A stretch of DNA of 64,000 bases from Minisyncoccota bacterium (GTDB taxonomy: Bacteria > Patescibacteriota > Minisyncoccia > Phycocordibacterales > UBA918). Numbering within the stretch: the stretch's first letter is position 1; each line of letters starts with the position of its first letter. Below the pieces are notes generated by a model that was not told where the DNA came from, made no database searches, and was given only the letters and a program-made list of their open reading frames with translations. Positions 41,434 to 51,472 of this stretch are shown one piece after another. The stretch lies in NCBI GenBank assembly GCA_041688155.1, contig JBDNIW010000014.1, positions 9,517-73,516 of the forward strand, in the 5' to 3' direction. The translations under genes and the position numbers were made by a program.

Positions 41434-42630
41434 ATGAAAGCCCCTAGTGTCAACCTGACCCTCCACCTGGCCCTGCTCGCGTATCTGTGTGTGGCGTTAT
41501 TTGTGCCGCAGCCGGCGCACGCTGCTAACCTTGACGTCGGCGTCTGGATTCCTTGGTGGGCAGATGAAGCCGGGACCGCCAGTGCGCTTACAAACATCGA
41601 TGACATAGACATCATCTATCCGTTTGTCTATGAGGTTTCCGCCAGTGGCAAACTGATCAATCGGGTTGATTTTAATGATAACCACTGGGAAGAGTTGTTT
41701 GATGAAGCGCGGGACGAACGGGTGGACATTATCCCAACCATCGCCTGGTTTAAGGGGCAGGAGATACACGACGTATTAAGCAGTCGAACTAAACGCAAGG
41801 CGCACATAGCTGACATCGTCGCGATGGTCAAAAAGTACGATTTTGATGGGGTGAACATCGACTATGAATCAAAATTAGGAAAGACAATTGACGATTACTC
41901 CATTTTTCTTAAAGAACTCAACCGAGCGCTCGGGCGGCGTGACTTGACCTGTACGATTGAAGCGAGGACACCACCAGAGTCGCTCTATCACGTCGTGCCA
42001 GCCAACATTCAGTACGCCAACGACTATCAAGCGATCAACCGTCACTGCGACTGGGTCGAAATCATGGCCTACGACCAGCAGCGGGCAGACATCAAGCTCA
42101 ACGACGCGCGACGAGGAGTACCCTACGCACCGGTAGCCGATATCGACTGGGTCGAGAAAGTAGTTGAACTGGCGCTGCAGGACATCGATGCGGACAAGAT
42201 CCTCTTGGGGGTAGCGACCTACGGTCGAGCGTGGGATGTCACTGTCGCACCTGATTGGTACAAAGGCTACCAGTCAGTCGCCTCTCTCAACCAACCGCGC
42301 ATCCTAGAGTTGGCCCAAAAATACAACGCCCCAATTGGTCGGGCTGCGAGTGGGGAAGCGGTTATCAGCTATTTCCCCGATGACTCGGTCTGGCGGGTGT
42401 TGGACGCTCTGCCGACCCCAGCCGGCACACCAAAAGGCTACGAAGCAGCCGCCAAGGCCCTGCTGGTCGCAAACTATGCCAACATTGAAGTCCCCGTGCG
42501 ATTTGTCAGCTGGAGCGACGTAACTGCTATCGGTGACAAATTAGACCTGGCTAAGCGGTACAACCTCAAAGGGGTCGCCGTGTTTAAGGTGGACGGTGAA
42601 GAAGATCCCGGTATCTGGAAGCAGATCTAA
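41434..42630 (+). CDS. Secreted glycoside hydrolase family 18
   Basis: Signal peptide, FDGVNIDYE, IMAYDQ, KI.LGVA.YG. Confidence 0.88.
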   Translation: MKAPSVNLTLHLALLAYLCVALFVPQPAHAANLDVGVWIPWWADEAGTASALTNIDDIDIIYPFVYEVSASGKLINRVDFNDNHWEELFDEARDERVDIIPTIAWFKGQEIHDVLSSRTKRKAHIADIVAMVKKYDFDGVNIDYESKLGKTIDDYSIFLKELNRALGRRDLTCTIEARTPPESLYHVVPANIQYANDYQAINRHCDWVEIMAYDQQRADIKLNDARRGVPYAPVADIDWVEKVVELALQDIDADKILLGVATYGRAWDVTVAPDWYKGYQSVASLNQPRILELAQKYNAPIGRAASGEAVISYFPDDSVWRVLDALPTPAGTPKGYEAAAKALLVANYANIEVPVRFVSWSDVTAIGDKLDLAKRYNLKGVAVFKVDGEEDPGIWKQI

Positions 42631-42687
42631 CTACAATCCATACCGACCAAAACCCGACAAAACGTCGGGTTTTGGTATACTAGTTGG

Positions 42688-43938
42688 ATGAAGAAACAAC
42701 CGATAGCGCTCCTTGATTGCAACAATTTTTTTGTTTCGTGCGAACGATTGTTCCGCCCAGATTTGCTGGGCAAACCGGTACTAGTCCTATCGTCCAACGA
42801 CGGCTGTGTGGTGGCACGGTCCCAAGAGGTAAAGGACATAGGAATCACCATGGGTGTCCCTTACTTTCAGATAAAGGACATAATCAAACAGCACGACGTG
42901 CAGATATTTTCGGGTCACCTGGCACTCTACCGTGACGTATCACGCCGTGTCTTTGAAGTCCTGCACGACTGTGTCGATGTGGTGGAGCAATACTCAGTAG
43001 ATGAGGCTTTCTTTGTTATTCCACCCGACACCGACGTCGAGGTATTTATTGCGACCGTTAAGCAGCGGGTAGAGCAGGCTGTCGGCATCCCGGTATCAAT
43101 CGGCGTAGGGTTATCAAAGACACAAGCTAAGTGCGCCGGCGCTCTAGCCAAAAAGACAAACGGGCTACACGTGCTGACCGAGCAGTCGTGGCCAGACGTT
43201 GCGGCGAGCCTTCCGATTAGTTCCGTCTGGGGTGTCGGTCGTGGGTTGTCGGCCAAGTTCACTGGGCATGGGATCAAGAGTGTGGCCGACTTACTAGCGG
43301 CGCCGACCTATCAGATTGGGGTATTGTTCGGGGTAGTAGGGAAGCGGTTACAGGCAGAGTTGTCTGGAACCAGCTGTGATCCAGTGGCGCAAAAACGGAT
43401 GTTACAGAAAAGTCTCATGAGCACCCGATCGTTTGCTACCAGTACGGAAAGCAAGGACGTTTTATACGATGCGGCCGCGTATCATGCGCGACATATTGCG
43501 GCTGACCTGCGGTTGATGGGAGCTGCGGTTGTAGCGTTGCAAGTGTCTATTCGGGCCAGCCGCCACGGGGACTTTTTTTTGCGTGGTGGCACCAGAGAAG
43601 TTGTATTTACCGTGCCAACCAACGACACATTTACCCTTACAAACGCTGCCGAATCTGGGATAGATGCACTCTACGAAGCTGGTGTGCCATATCAAAAAGT
43701 GGGGGTATCAGTGGTGGGAATCACGGCCCAATCAGCCGTCCCGCACACGTTATTTGCAACCGATATGACTGACAACACACCGCTACTTGAAGCCATGGAT
43801 GCCATCAACCTGGCTGCCGGTAGCGAGGTGATCACCATCGGCAGCCGACTCAAAACCAAGTCCTGGCAAGCTCGCTCTGACAGACGGTCTCCAGCTTATA
43901 CGACGCGGTGGTCCGACATCGCCACTGTATCTGCCTAG
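42688..43938 (+). CDS. umuC: Y-family DNA polymerase UmuC
   Basis: DCNNFFVSCER.FRPDL, LSSNDGCVVARS, YSVDE, SPAYTTRW. Confidence 0.93.
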   Translation: MKKQPIALLDCNNFFVSCERLFRPDLLGKPVLVLSSNDGCVVARSQEVKDIGITMGVPYFQIKDIIKQHDVQIFSGHLALYRDVSRRVFEVLHDCVDVVEQYSVDEAFFVIPPDTDVEVFIATVKQRVEQAVGIPVSIGVGLSKTQAKCAGALAKKTNGLHVLTEQSWPDVAASLPISSVWGVGRGLSAKFTGHGIKSVADLLAAPTYQIGVLFGVVGKRLQAELSGTSCDPVAQKRMLQKSLMSTRSFATSTESKDVLYDAAAYHARHIAADLRLMGAAVVALQVSIRASRHGDFFLRGGTREVVFTVPTNDTFTLTNAAESGIDALYEAGVPYQKVGVSVVGITAQSAVPHTLFATDMTDNTPLLEAMDAINLAAGSEVITIGSRLKTKSWQARSDRRSPAYTTRWSDIATVSA

Positions 43939-44112
43939 CAGTCCTAGGACACGTTATGGACATTTGTACTTAATCCAGTCGAGCTGACAGGTCTTTGACT
44001 TTAAACAAAAACCTAGTAAACACAGGCTCGCAATCAGACAAAGCAGACAGCGTTTTGAGGTTATCAACAGTTGATCTCGGACAGAGTTTCTGAGACAACG
44101 TACAATGCAGGC

Positions 44113-44210
44113 AGATCAGAAGAAGAAGGTGCCAAAAATGTAACGGCTGAGATTTTCTCTCATAATAAAAAAGATTTGGTAGCCGTCTCCACAGAATCTT
44201 CTTCTGAGCC
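44113..44210 (+). promoter_or_regulatory. Long interrupted stem in the leader of the 44281 pseudogene
   Basis: TACAAT at 44101; TCAGAAGAAGA (44116) pairs with TCTTCTTCTGA (44197); inner ACGGCT/AGCCGT. Confidence 0.45.
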
Positions 44211-44280
44211 AGTTCAAGCGTTTAGTACAACGACCACTCGAGCGATAAGTTATTCAACAAAAGAATAAATATACGAAAAC

Positions 44281-45043
44281 ATGTTTGTATGCAACTAATC
44301 AAGTTGGTGTTACGCAACCAGTGGTCGCGACACTAGTTGCATATGCAGTTGTGATGGCAACCATCGGGTTCTAAAACAAAGCACAAACAGCTAACCTTCT
44401 AAATGTAGCTAACACTGACTGACTCAGCTCCGTCGGCGCTATCTAGTCACTCATTTGCCTTTACCGTTCCACTAACTGGAGCTACAGCAATTGTACCAGG
44501 TGACACTACAACAGTTGCATTCAATGCATTGTTTAAGGGGTTGGAGACGTAGTAGACGGTGACGAAATTGTAACGGCAAATGGAACAGACGAATCAGCAG
44601 CCGCTACAGTAGTTGGCGCTGGTTCAAACGTCACTGTGACAGGGATTACAGTGACGGCGGGGCAAGAAGTCGTAGTCGCAATTGCAGACACAAGGATTAC
44701 TAACCCTGCTAAAGTTAGGGCTGACGGTATAGGTGACTTGTATGAGTTTACTATCAGCAACGCTAACGATACCGCTAAAACTCGAGTTGTTATCATTGAT
44801 ACAGCTAGGTTCATTGCGCAACAGCTAAATGTTACAACCAACGCACGTCACGGGTTTGTCGTATCAGTCGAAAAAGATGCACCTTTGCAATCATCAACTG
44901 GAGCAGATATTGATGAGTTCGTTGACAGTGCCGATGATGTTGAGCAGACAGTTGTTGGGTTCAAAATTGAAGCCTCATCACTCCAAGAAGCGGGAGATGA
45001 CTGCAATACAACCTTGACATACATTGCCACTCCTAGCTTCTAA
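44281..45043 (+). pseudogene. Degraded paralog of the WxL-like protein at 49539
   Basis: AN...NT..DSAP, TRV.I.D, Q.L.VTTNA..GFVV, FKIE...LQEA.DD...TLTY.ATP.F; stops, frameshifts and two internal deletions. Confidence 0.85.
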
Positions 45044-45186
45044 CTACTGACAATTAGGCGCAGTAATAAGGTACAAAAGACTTCCTCCGGGGAGTTTTTT
45101 GTTGGTTCCAGAATGTCAGCTGTTAAGAAGCCAATTTGCGTACTGACACCTTTGGTAAACTAGATTATTAGTTATTACTTATTTGT

Positions 45187-46251
45187 ATGTCGATTCTGAA
45201 ACAAACTTTGTCCGTAGGGTTATTCGTAGCTCTTGTGTCTGTCTTACTGCCACAGGTTGGTCTTGCCCAGAATGGTGCAGGGGTGCGTATTTCGCCAGCG
45301 GTGATTGAAGAAACCCTTGATCCGGGTACTACAAAAATATACACATTTTCGGTTGAGAACCTCAATGCAAGTGAGCAGCACTATTCTCTCTTTACTAGAA
45401 ATATTAGTGATGTGGCTCCCGGTGGCGCGCCGATTTTTGCTGATTCCAATCAGGAAGTGACGGGGTTTGATTTGGTAGACTGGATAACTCTGCCCATCAA
45501 CGAATTATTGTTAGCACCCGGTGAGCAACGGTTAATCGACTTTACAATTAATGTACCTGCAGACGCATCACCAGGAAGTCACTTTGGAGGGGTGTTTGTC
45601 ACAGCTGACCCGCCAAAGTTTGAGAATAGTGGAGCTGCTGTCGGGTATCAAGTAGCAAACATCGTTAGTATTCGGGTGTCAGGTGAGGCGGTAGAGACTG
45701 CCAGCATTCGGCAATTTTCGACAGGTAAGTTTTTGTACGGATCACAAAACGTCGATTTCAATGTTCGAATCGAGAACGCTGGTAATGTACTTGTGCGCCC
45801 AATTGGACCACTTGAAATCTACAACTCACTAGGTAAGAAAGTGGGCGACGTACTATTTAACGAGGGTCGCGCTGGTGTATTTCCAGGAAAAACTCGCGAG
45901 TTCGACAACATCACATGGATAGGAGATTCAGTCGGGTTTGGTCGCTACGAAGCAGTGTTGAGTGCTGTGTATGGTGATGATGGTACCCGTAAGACGATGA
46001 GTAGCACAGTGACGTTCTGGGTACTACCGCTCAGTATCATTGGTCCAGCGGCAGCTGTTCTGGGCGTACTTCTGATTGCAACGGTAGTTGGTGTTCGAAT
46101 CTATATCAATCGAGCGTTGGCTCAAATGACAACAGGCCGACGGTTGATCAGTCGAAAACAAAAAAAGACATCCAATACATTACCGTTAGTGGTCGCTATA
46201 CTGACCGTACTAGCACTGTTCTTACTTGCTATGTTAGTACTGTTTGCGTAG
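45187..46251 (+). CDS. DUF916/DUF3324-like (WxL-interacting-type) membrane-anchored Ig-fold protein
   Basis: Signal peptide, ISPA.IE..L.PG, INVPADASPGSHFGGV, ENAGNV.VRP.G, C-terminal TMs. Confidence 0.7.
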   Translation: MSILKQTLSVGLFVALVSVLLPQVGLAQNGAGVRISPAVIEETLDPGTTKIYTFSVENLNASEQHYSLFTRNISDVAPGGAPIFADSNQEVTGFDLVDWITLPINELLLAPGEQRLIDFTINVPADASPGSHFGGVFVTADPPKFENSGAAVGYQVANIVSIRVSGEAVETASIRQFSTGKFLYGSQNVDFNVRIENAGNVLVRPIGPLEIYNSLGKKVGDVLFNEGRAGVFPGKTREFDNITWIGDSVGFGRYEAVLSAVYGDDGTRKTMSSTVTFWVLPLSIIGPAAAVLGVLLIATVVGVRIYINRALAQMTTGRRLISRKQKKTSNTLPLVVAILTVLALFLLAMLVLFA

Positions 46252-46272
46252 GTTACTTGCTATACTTAAAAA

Positions 46273-46698
46273 ATGGACCAATCACTTTTGTATAGAAGTT
46301 TGCTACGAGTGTCCGTAGTAGTGACAGCGATTGTTCTTCTGTTCCAAAGTGGTTTAGTTGATGATCGAACGACGGTTGTGTTTCTGGATGCGACCGAGAA
46401 CCTGCAGGCGATGGTCGGACTGTCTATGTCGGTTGCTCCAACCGAGATCACTTTATTTACAGCTGAATTAACCAAACGGCAGCAACTTCTCAATGCTCGC
46501 GAAGAGACAATCGCGTCACGCGAGAATGAACTAGGGCTAACTGGGGGATCAACTCAAAACAACACCGAAACTACTACGTATATACTGGCGGCAATACTGT
46601 TAATTCAGCTTATTTTATTAATCTTAAACTATCTATTGGATTATGTACGCTCAAGAGAAAACCAGGTGAATCCAATAGATGGACCGGTTCCAAATTAG
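46273..46698 (+). CDS. Two-TM protein with central coiled coil
   Basis: TM, then L..R...L..RE..I..RE coil, then TM. Confidence 0.7.
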   Translation: MDQSLLYRSLLRVSVVVTAIVLLFQSGLVDDRTTVVFLDATENLQAMVGLSMSVAPTEITLFTAELTKRQQLLNAREETIASRENELGLTGGSTQNNTETTTYILAAILLIQLILLILNYLLDYVRSRENQVNPIDGPVPN

Positions 46699-46745
46699 TG
46701 GACTCCGCACCTTTAAGCAGCCTCCATACAGCATAATAGTTACAA

Positions 46746-47127
46746 TGATCGCTTTGCTTACTTGGTTTTCAATGATATGTGCTGCTTTGTTTTTGCTTGG
46801 CTGTGAATCCACAGCCAGCAACAGCTGCAAATATTGGATATTTCAGCGACGTGCTGAGTGATTCTGGATCATCACAGCAAGCAAATCACACGTTTAAGTT
46901 TAGACCTACTATGGCTATTACTCCAGGTTCCTACCTGGAAGTTGACTTTCCGGCAGATTTTATAATTACCGAGGCAACGTCCACTTTCTTGTATCGTAGC
47001 GTCGAGCTATACATCAATGTATGAGTTTTACGGAATTGGAAAAAACGCTGATGTCCCACTATCACCCGGCCTTAACCGAGATGGGTCTGTTAACCTGATC
47101 GACTTCTCGATTCTGTTCCTCTGGTGA
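46746..47127 (+). pseudogene. Remnant of a secreted protein with C-terminal dockerin-like motif
   Basis: Frameshifted signal peptide, SD.LSDS....ANHTF.F, joined directly to LNRDGSVNLIDFSIL. Confidence 0.65.
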
Positions 47128-47286
47128 CAACCCTGTGCCGCAAAATCCTCTATGCAACAATATTCAAAAGGCTTATATTTTATTTATTGTAATAATCTGT
47201 TTGGTAGTATGAGTTTGAGTAATCTATCAAGTGCACTCTGTGGGTAAACGCATATTGTGGTTTTGTTACGCGTATAATAAAGTTGC

Positions 47287-47763
47287 ATGGTCTTTCTACA
47301 AAGATTGAAAACTAGAGGTGTTCATAACCAGGACACTAGTCTGTTATCCGAGGTGGAAGTAACTGCAGTAGACGGAATCGCTCAACTACACGTTGATGTA
47401 TATCAGACTGAGCGCATGATCGTTATCTACGCTCAGTCTGCTGGTGCAGACATGAACGATATGCATGTCTCTATCGAAGGTGACGCTGACATCGTCTTGA
47501 TTGAAGGGAAACGAATCCGTCCTGAGTACATCGCCTTTCCGCGCAAAAAACTTACCGGTTCGTACGTAGCGCAAGAGTGTGTGTGGGGAGATTTCTACCG
47601 CAGAATTATCCTGCCAGAGAGTGTCAACATTCAAGAGGCTGAAGCCAAAATTAAGAACGGTGTATTGATACTTTTATTGCCGCTACATAAACCAAATGAA
47701 AAAGAAAAAGTCACGTTACAAGTAAAAGGAGGTCACAAAGATCCAGTCAAGAAACGCAAATAA
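47287..47763 (+). CDS. Hsp20/alpha-crystallin small heat shock protein
   Basis: VDVYQT, EC.WG.F.R.I.LP, A..KNGVL. Confidence 0.9.
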   Translation: MVFLQRLKTRGVHNQDTSLLSEVEVTAVDGIAQLHVDVYQTERMIVIYAQSAGADMNDMHVSIEGDADIVLIEGKRIRPEYIAFPRKKLTGSYVAQECVWGDFYRRIILPESVNIQEAEAKIKNGVLILLLPLHKPNEKEKVTLQVKGGHKDPVKKRK

Positions 47764-47764
47764 T

Positions 47765-48904
47765 ATGACACTACCAACCCAGTTCTTTCGGCCCTTTATA
47801 AAATTATTCACACTAACGGGATTGCTGATAAGTTCAGCCTCTTTCGTCCTGGCGGCAAACTTGGTTGTTTCCCCTGCAAGTGGTGGTTTTTCTGCTGAGC
47901 AGACATTTACAGCCACAGTCCCGACGGTTCCTGGGAGTGATGACTCGATTATTTTTGAAGCCCCACCTCGGCAGCCAGAGTTTGGCTCACCGCTATTTTT
48001 AGATCCTGAGATATGGTACAGAAAACTCGATGGAGTATTTAGCTGGACGTTACCATTTGACGTAACAGCCCTAGCGATTGAGGTGTCAGACGACCCGATG
48101 AACGTCCCTCAGGACAACCCAGATGCAATTGTCAAACCACCAGACGAAGCATTTGTCGTCAGTGCTGAAAACATAAAAGACGGGATACAGTACATCAGTA
48201 TCAACTTTGAAAACCAAGTAGGTTGGGGTGCTGTCCTGAACCGACCCTTAAAAATCGATACAACTGCGCCGCTACCGTTTTTAGTAAATGTAACTCCTGG
48301 TTCATCAGCTGATTTCTTCCCGTTATTGAACTTTAACGCCAATGATGAGACATCAGGAATAGATTTCTACCAGATAACAATCGCTGACAAGGAACCTATC
48401 AAGGTAACCCCTGATGAGGCAGCAATCGGCTATTTGTTGCGGGAGCTTGAAGACGGTACTTATACAGTCTCTGTGGTCGCTCATGACATGGCTGGTAATA
48501 CTCGACAATCGAGCGCAGCGGTGCTGATCACTTCAGGTTGGACGAAGCCAATAGAGGTAGAAGATGCAGGTAGTATTTGTGACTTCTTTACCGGAGCTAA
48601 TATACTAATCTTCTTTCTCTCATTGATGGTTGCTCTTCTGGTTATCTATGTTTGGTACGAACATAAAGTCCTGCACGCCAAAGAGGAAAAACTCAGACGT
48701 GAAACGAGAGAGATTCAAGACCAAATGGAAAAGATATTCTCCGCTCTGCGGGACGAGATCTATGATCAGATCAACCATATAACCAAGCGGAAACGCATGT
48801 CGGCTAAGGAAAAAGAAGCGGTCGAAAGCCTCACCCAAGCCCTCGAAGTCTCCGAGATCTTGATTGAGAAGGAAATCAGTGATGTGAAGTCAATTCTGCG
48901 CTAA
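47765..48904 (+). CDS. Membrane-anchored Ig-like surface protein with cytoplasmic coiled coil
   Basis: Signal peptide, IDTTAP, DETSGIDFY, V.A.D.AGN, TM, helical tail. Confidence 0.75.
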   Translation: MTLPTQFFRPFIKLFTLTGLLISSASFVLAANLVVSPASGGFSAEQTFTATVPTVPGSDDSIIFEAPPRQPEFGSPLFLDPEIWYRKLDGVFSWTLPFDVTALAIEVSDDPMNVPQDNPDAIVKPPDEAFVVSAENIKDGIQYISINFENQVGWGAVLNRPLKIDTTAPLPFLVNVTPGSSADFFPLLNFNANDETSGIDFYQITIADKEPIKVTPDEAAIGYLLRELEDGTYTVSVVAHDMAGNTRQSSAAVLITSGWTKPIEVEDAGSICDFFTGANILIFFLSLMVALLVIYVWYEHKVLHAKEEKLRRETREIQDQMEKIFSALRDEIYDQINHITKRKRMSAKEKEAVESLTQALEVSEILIEKEISDVKSILR

Positions 48905-48916
48905 AATAGCTCAAAA

Positions 48917-48960
48917 TAAGTATAACGCGCACTCACATAGGTGAGTGCGCGTTATACTTA
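48917..48960. terminator. Perfect 20-bp-stem hairpin after 47765 gene
   Basis: TAAGTATAACGCGCACTCAC-ATAG-GTGAGTGCGCGTTATACTTA. Confidence 0.6.
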
Positions 48961-49237
48961 TACCTGACTGCAAACTCTTTTGAGCTGCGGGTAATATAAT
49001 GTTACCGGTACAAAAAAGTAAAAGAAAATACTACGGTTCTCCGTGATGCGAGTGTTGCATGTTTGTCGCTGGAGTTGATGAGGAGTAGTCCGGTAAACTT
49101 TTTGGTTACCCATTGGAATTATGTCTCCCTGAGCGTGCCGTCAAAAAGAGCGCCTTGTTGTTTTTTTCCACCCATAGACCTCCTTACCAACTCGCATCTT
49201 GCTCTAAAAGAATCAGTGAAAATAACGAAATAGACCC

Positions 49238-49272
49238 TAATCCCGCAGATTGCCTGGCAATCTGCGGGATTA
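49238..49272. repeat. Near-perfect 35-bp palindrome upstream of a promoter
   Basis: TAATCCCGCAGATTGCC-T-GGCAATCTGCGGGATTA. Confidence 0.8.
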
Positions 49273-49321
49273 TTTGTGTATAAACAAACTCTTAGTTATA
49301 CGGGCAGCGTATACTGCATAT

Positions 49322-49538
49322 GTATCCGCATTGGAGGTAAACCATTTAGTGATTACCGAGCGTACGTAATTTCTACGTACGCGTGCAGTTCAGCCGACTG
49401 TGTCAAGGTGGGTACGTTTACAGTAATTATTTTATAGCTGGGTGTGGAGACTCAGCTATAGTGAGCTGTAGTAATACAGCTCACCTTGTGACGCACTACG
49501 TCAACAGGTGCTGTGAGCTAAATACAACGTAGAGTACT
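49322..49538 (+). ncRNA. Candidate structured 5' leader RNA (multi-stem junction plus three hairpins)
   Basis: TATACT at 49310; seven complementary stems read by eye. Confidence 0.5.
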
Positions 49539-50681
49539 ATGTCACGTAATAACTACGCGTTCACAGTACTCCAAGCAACCGCCGCTGTGGTATGTCTTGC
49601 GATCATTGCATGGTCACTTGGCTTTCCCGTTCTGCAATTCGCAGAAGCAGCAAATGTCACCACTTTTAGCAACACACTGTCCGACTCAGCACCCACTGTT
49701 GTGTCAGACCACATGATCACATTTGACACTCCTACTGGAGTAGCAGCTGGTGAAACTATCGTACTAACATTCGACGCAGGATTCTTAGGAATAAACTCAC
49801 TTGTGTTTGGGGACCTCGATTTGGATATCGAAGGTGTCTATACAACCCTAGCCGCAACTGCCTCAGAAGCTGATTGGGGAGTCGCTGTTTCAGCCACAAC
49901 TATCACTTTGACCTCAGGGACAGGAGTAGTAGCCGCTGGAGATACAGTTACAGTCCTGATTGGAGAGAATGCAACTGGAGGAGTTCCAAACTCTCAGATC
50001 ACAAATCCGTCTGCTGGTTCATACCCAATCAACGTAACAGTAGGTTCCGCTGATTCAGGTGAAACTCGAGTAGCAATCGTAGATTCTGTAGAAGTCACTG
50101 CCACAGTTGACACCATCTTTACCTTTACGGTAACTGGTACACCTGGCGGAACTGACGTAAACGGAATCATCGGTGACACGACCGGAGGAACGACAACTGC
50201 AACCACAATCCCATTTGGTGAGTTGATAGGCGGTACCGCTAGTACTGCTGCGCAGAGACTACAGGTAACCACTAACGCATCTAATGGATTTGTTGTAACA
50301 GTTGCTGTGGACCAACAACTCACATCGTCTAATCTCTCTGATATTGACGGGTTCGCAAACGGATCATATACCTCAACCCCATCAGGTTGGACCGCCCCAA
50401 CTGGGACACTCGGTCTAGAAAATGAGTATGGGCACTGGGGTCTTTCATCAAACGATACAACACTAACTGCAGGTCTGTCTGATCTGTACAGTGGTGGAGT
50501 AAACTTTGTTTCAGCATCCACCACATCAGTTGAGGTGTTTCGACACGGGGGACCAGCAAATGGTTCAACTACTGGTACTGGAAGCGCTGACGTTCTGTTC
50601 AAAATTGAAGTAACCAATCTGCAGGAAGCTGCAGATGACTACACCGCTACGCTGACATACGTAGCAACACCAGTTTTCTAA
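49539..50681 (+). CDS. Secreted Thr/Gly-rich WxL-like surface protein
   Basis: Signal peptide (AEA/A), beta-rich, L.VTTNA..GF.VTV, C-terminal YTATLTYVATPVF. Confidence 0.75.
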   Translation: MSRNNYAFTVLQATAAVVCLAIIAWSLGFPVLQFAEAANVTTFSNTLSDSAPTVVSDHMITFDTPTGVAAGETIVLTFDAGFLGINSLVFGDLDLDIEGVYTTLAATASEADWGVAVSATTITLTSGTGVVAAGDTVTVLIGENATGGVPNSQITNPSAGSYPINVTVGSADSGETRVAIVDSVEVTATVDTIFTFTVTGTPGGTDVNGIIGDTTGGTTTATTIPFGELIGGTASTAAQRLQVTTNASNGFVVTVAVDQQLTSSNLSDIDGFANGSYTSTPSGWTAPTGTLGLENEYGHWGLSSNDTTLTAGLSDLYSGGVNFVSASTTSVEVFRHGGPANGSTTGTGSADVLFKIEVTNLQEAADDYTATLTYVATPVF

Positions 50682-50787
50682 TCGAAACTGGACTCTAAGC
50701 TTTGAGTTCTGACGCAAAAAAACCTATCTCCCACCACGAGGTGGGTTTTTTGTTTGTAAAAAACAAAACTGACTAATTGGAGCGGGT

Positions 50788-51366
50788 TTGCTTACTTTTA
50801 TCAATTTAAAACCACTGATGAGATTAGATGTGGGTTACATACGTAGCAGCACTGTACCGGCACAAGCCTCATCGCTCTACAATGATCCCGGTATGGCTAC
50901 GATGTCTCGTGGAGATGCCTTAAAGCTAAGTGTTAGACTTGGTGGTTCTTATACTGTTAGGGCAGCGACAACTGTGCCAACACCGGAAGTGATTATTGAG
51001 TATGTGCCGGAGGCTAACACTTCAGCTATACCCCGGATCGAACCAGTTACCCACCCTGATCCTGATGGTTGGTATAACATCGCAACGGCAGAACTCACCT
51101 GGACGCTCCCAGTAGATATAACCACAGTAAGGACGTTGCTAAATGGTAGTCCTTCAAGTGTGCCAACCAAAGTCTATGAAACACCAATCAACTCCATCAC
51201 ACTAACTGATCTAGATGAGGGTGTGTCGTATTTCCATATTCAGTTCCACTTGATTAAGATGATGATGCATATCCCCGTGTTTATGAATTGGTTTCTAACA
51301 GAACTATTCTGGCACGGGGTTGTGCGTTTGGGGTGGGGATTCAAGCAGATGTGTAGACAGAAATAA
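50788..51366 (+). pseudogene. Fragmented paralog of the 47765-type surface protein
   Basis: HPDP..WY....LTW.LP.D.T...EG.SYFHIQF resembles DPE.WY...FSWTLP.DVT...DG.QY..INF; no signal peptide or anchor. Confidence 0.65.
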
Positions 51367-51472
51367 TATTCGTGTTATTATACAAACAGAGGTTCATTAG
51401 CTGATTCATGTTTCTGGAATATATTAGGCTTTCTCTCACTGAGAATGCGGCCAGAAACACAACCTATTTGTT

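Noticed and set aside
44071-44268. 65-aa ORF upstream of the WxL-like pseudogene
   Set aside because: TTG start, no motif, and overlaps a promoter-like box and long stem; better explained as a leader
36033-51366. Stop-codon reassignment (code 25) as cause of the broken genes
   Set aside because: Breaks include TAG, TAA, frameshifts and deletions, and TGA ends intact genes such as uvrB and tgt
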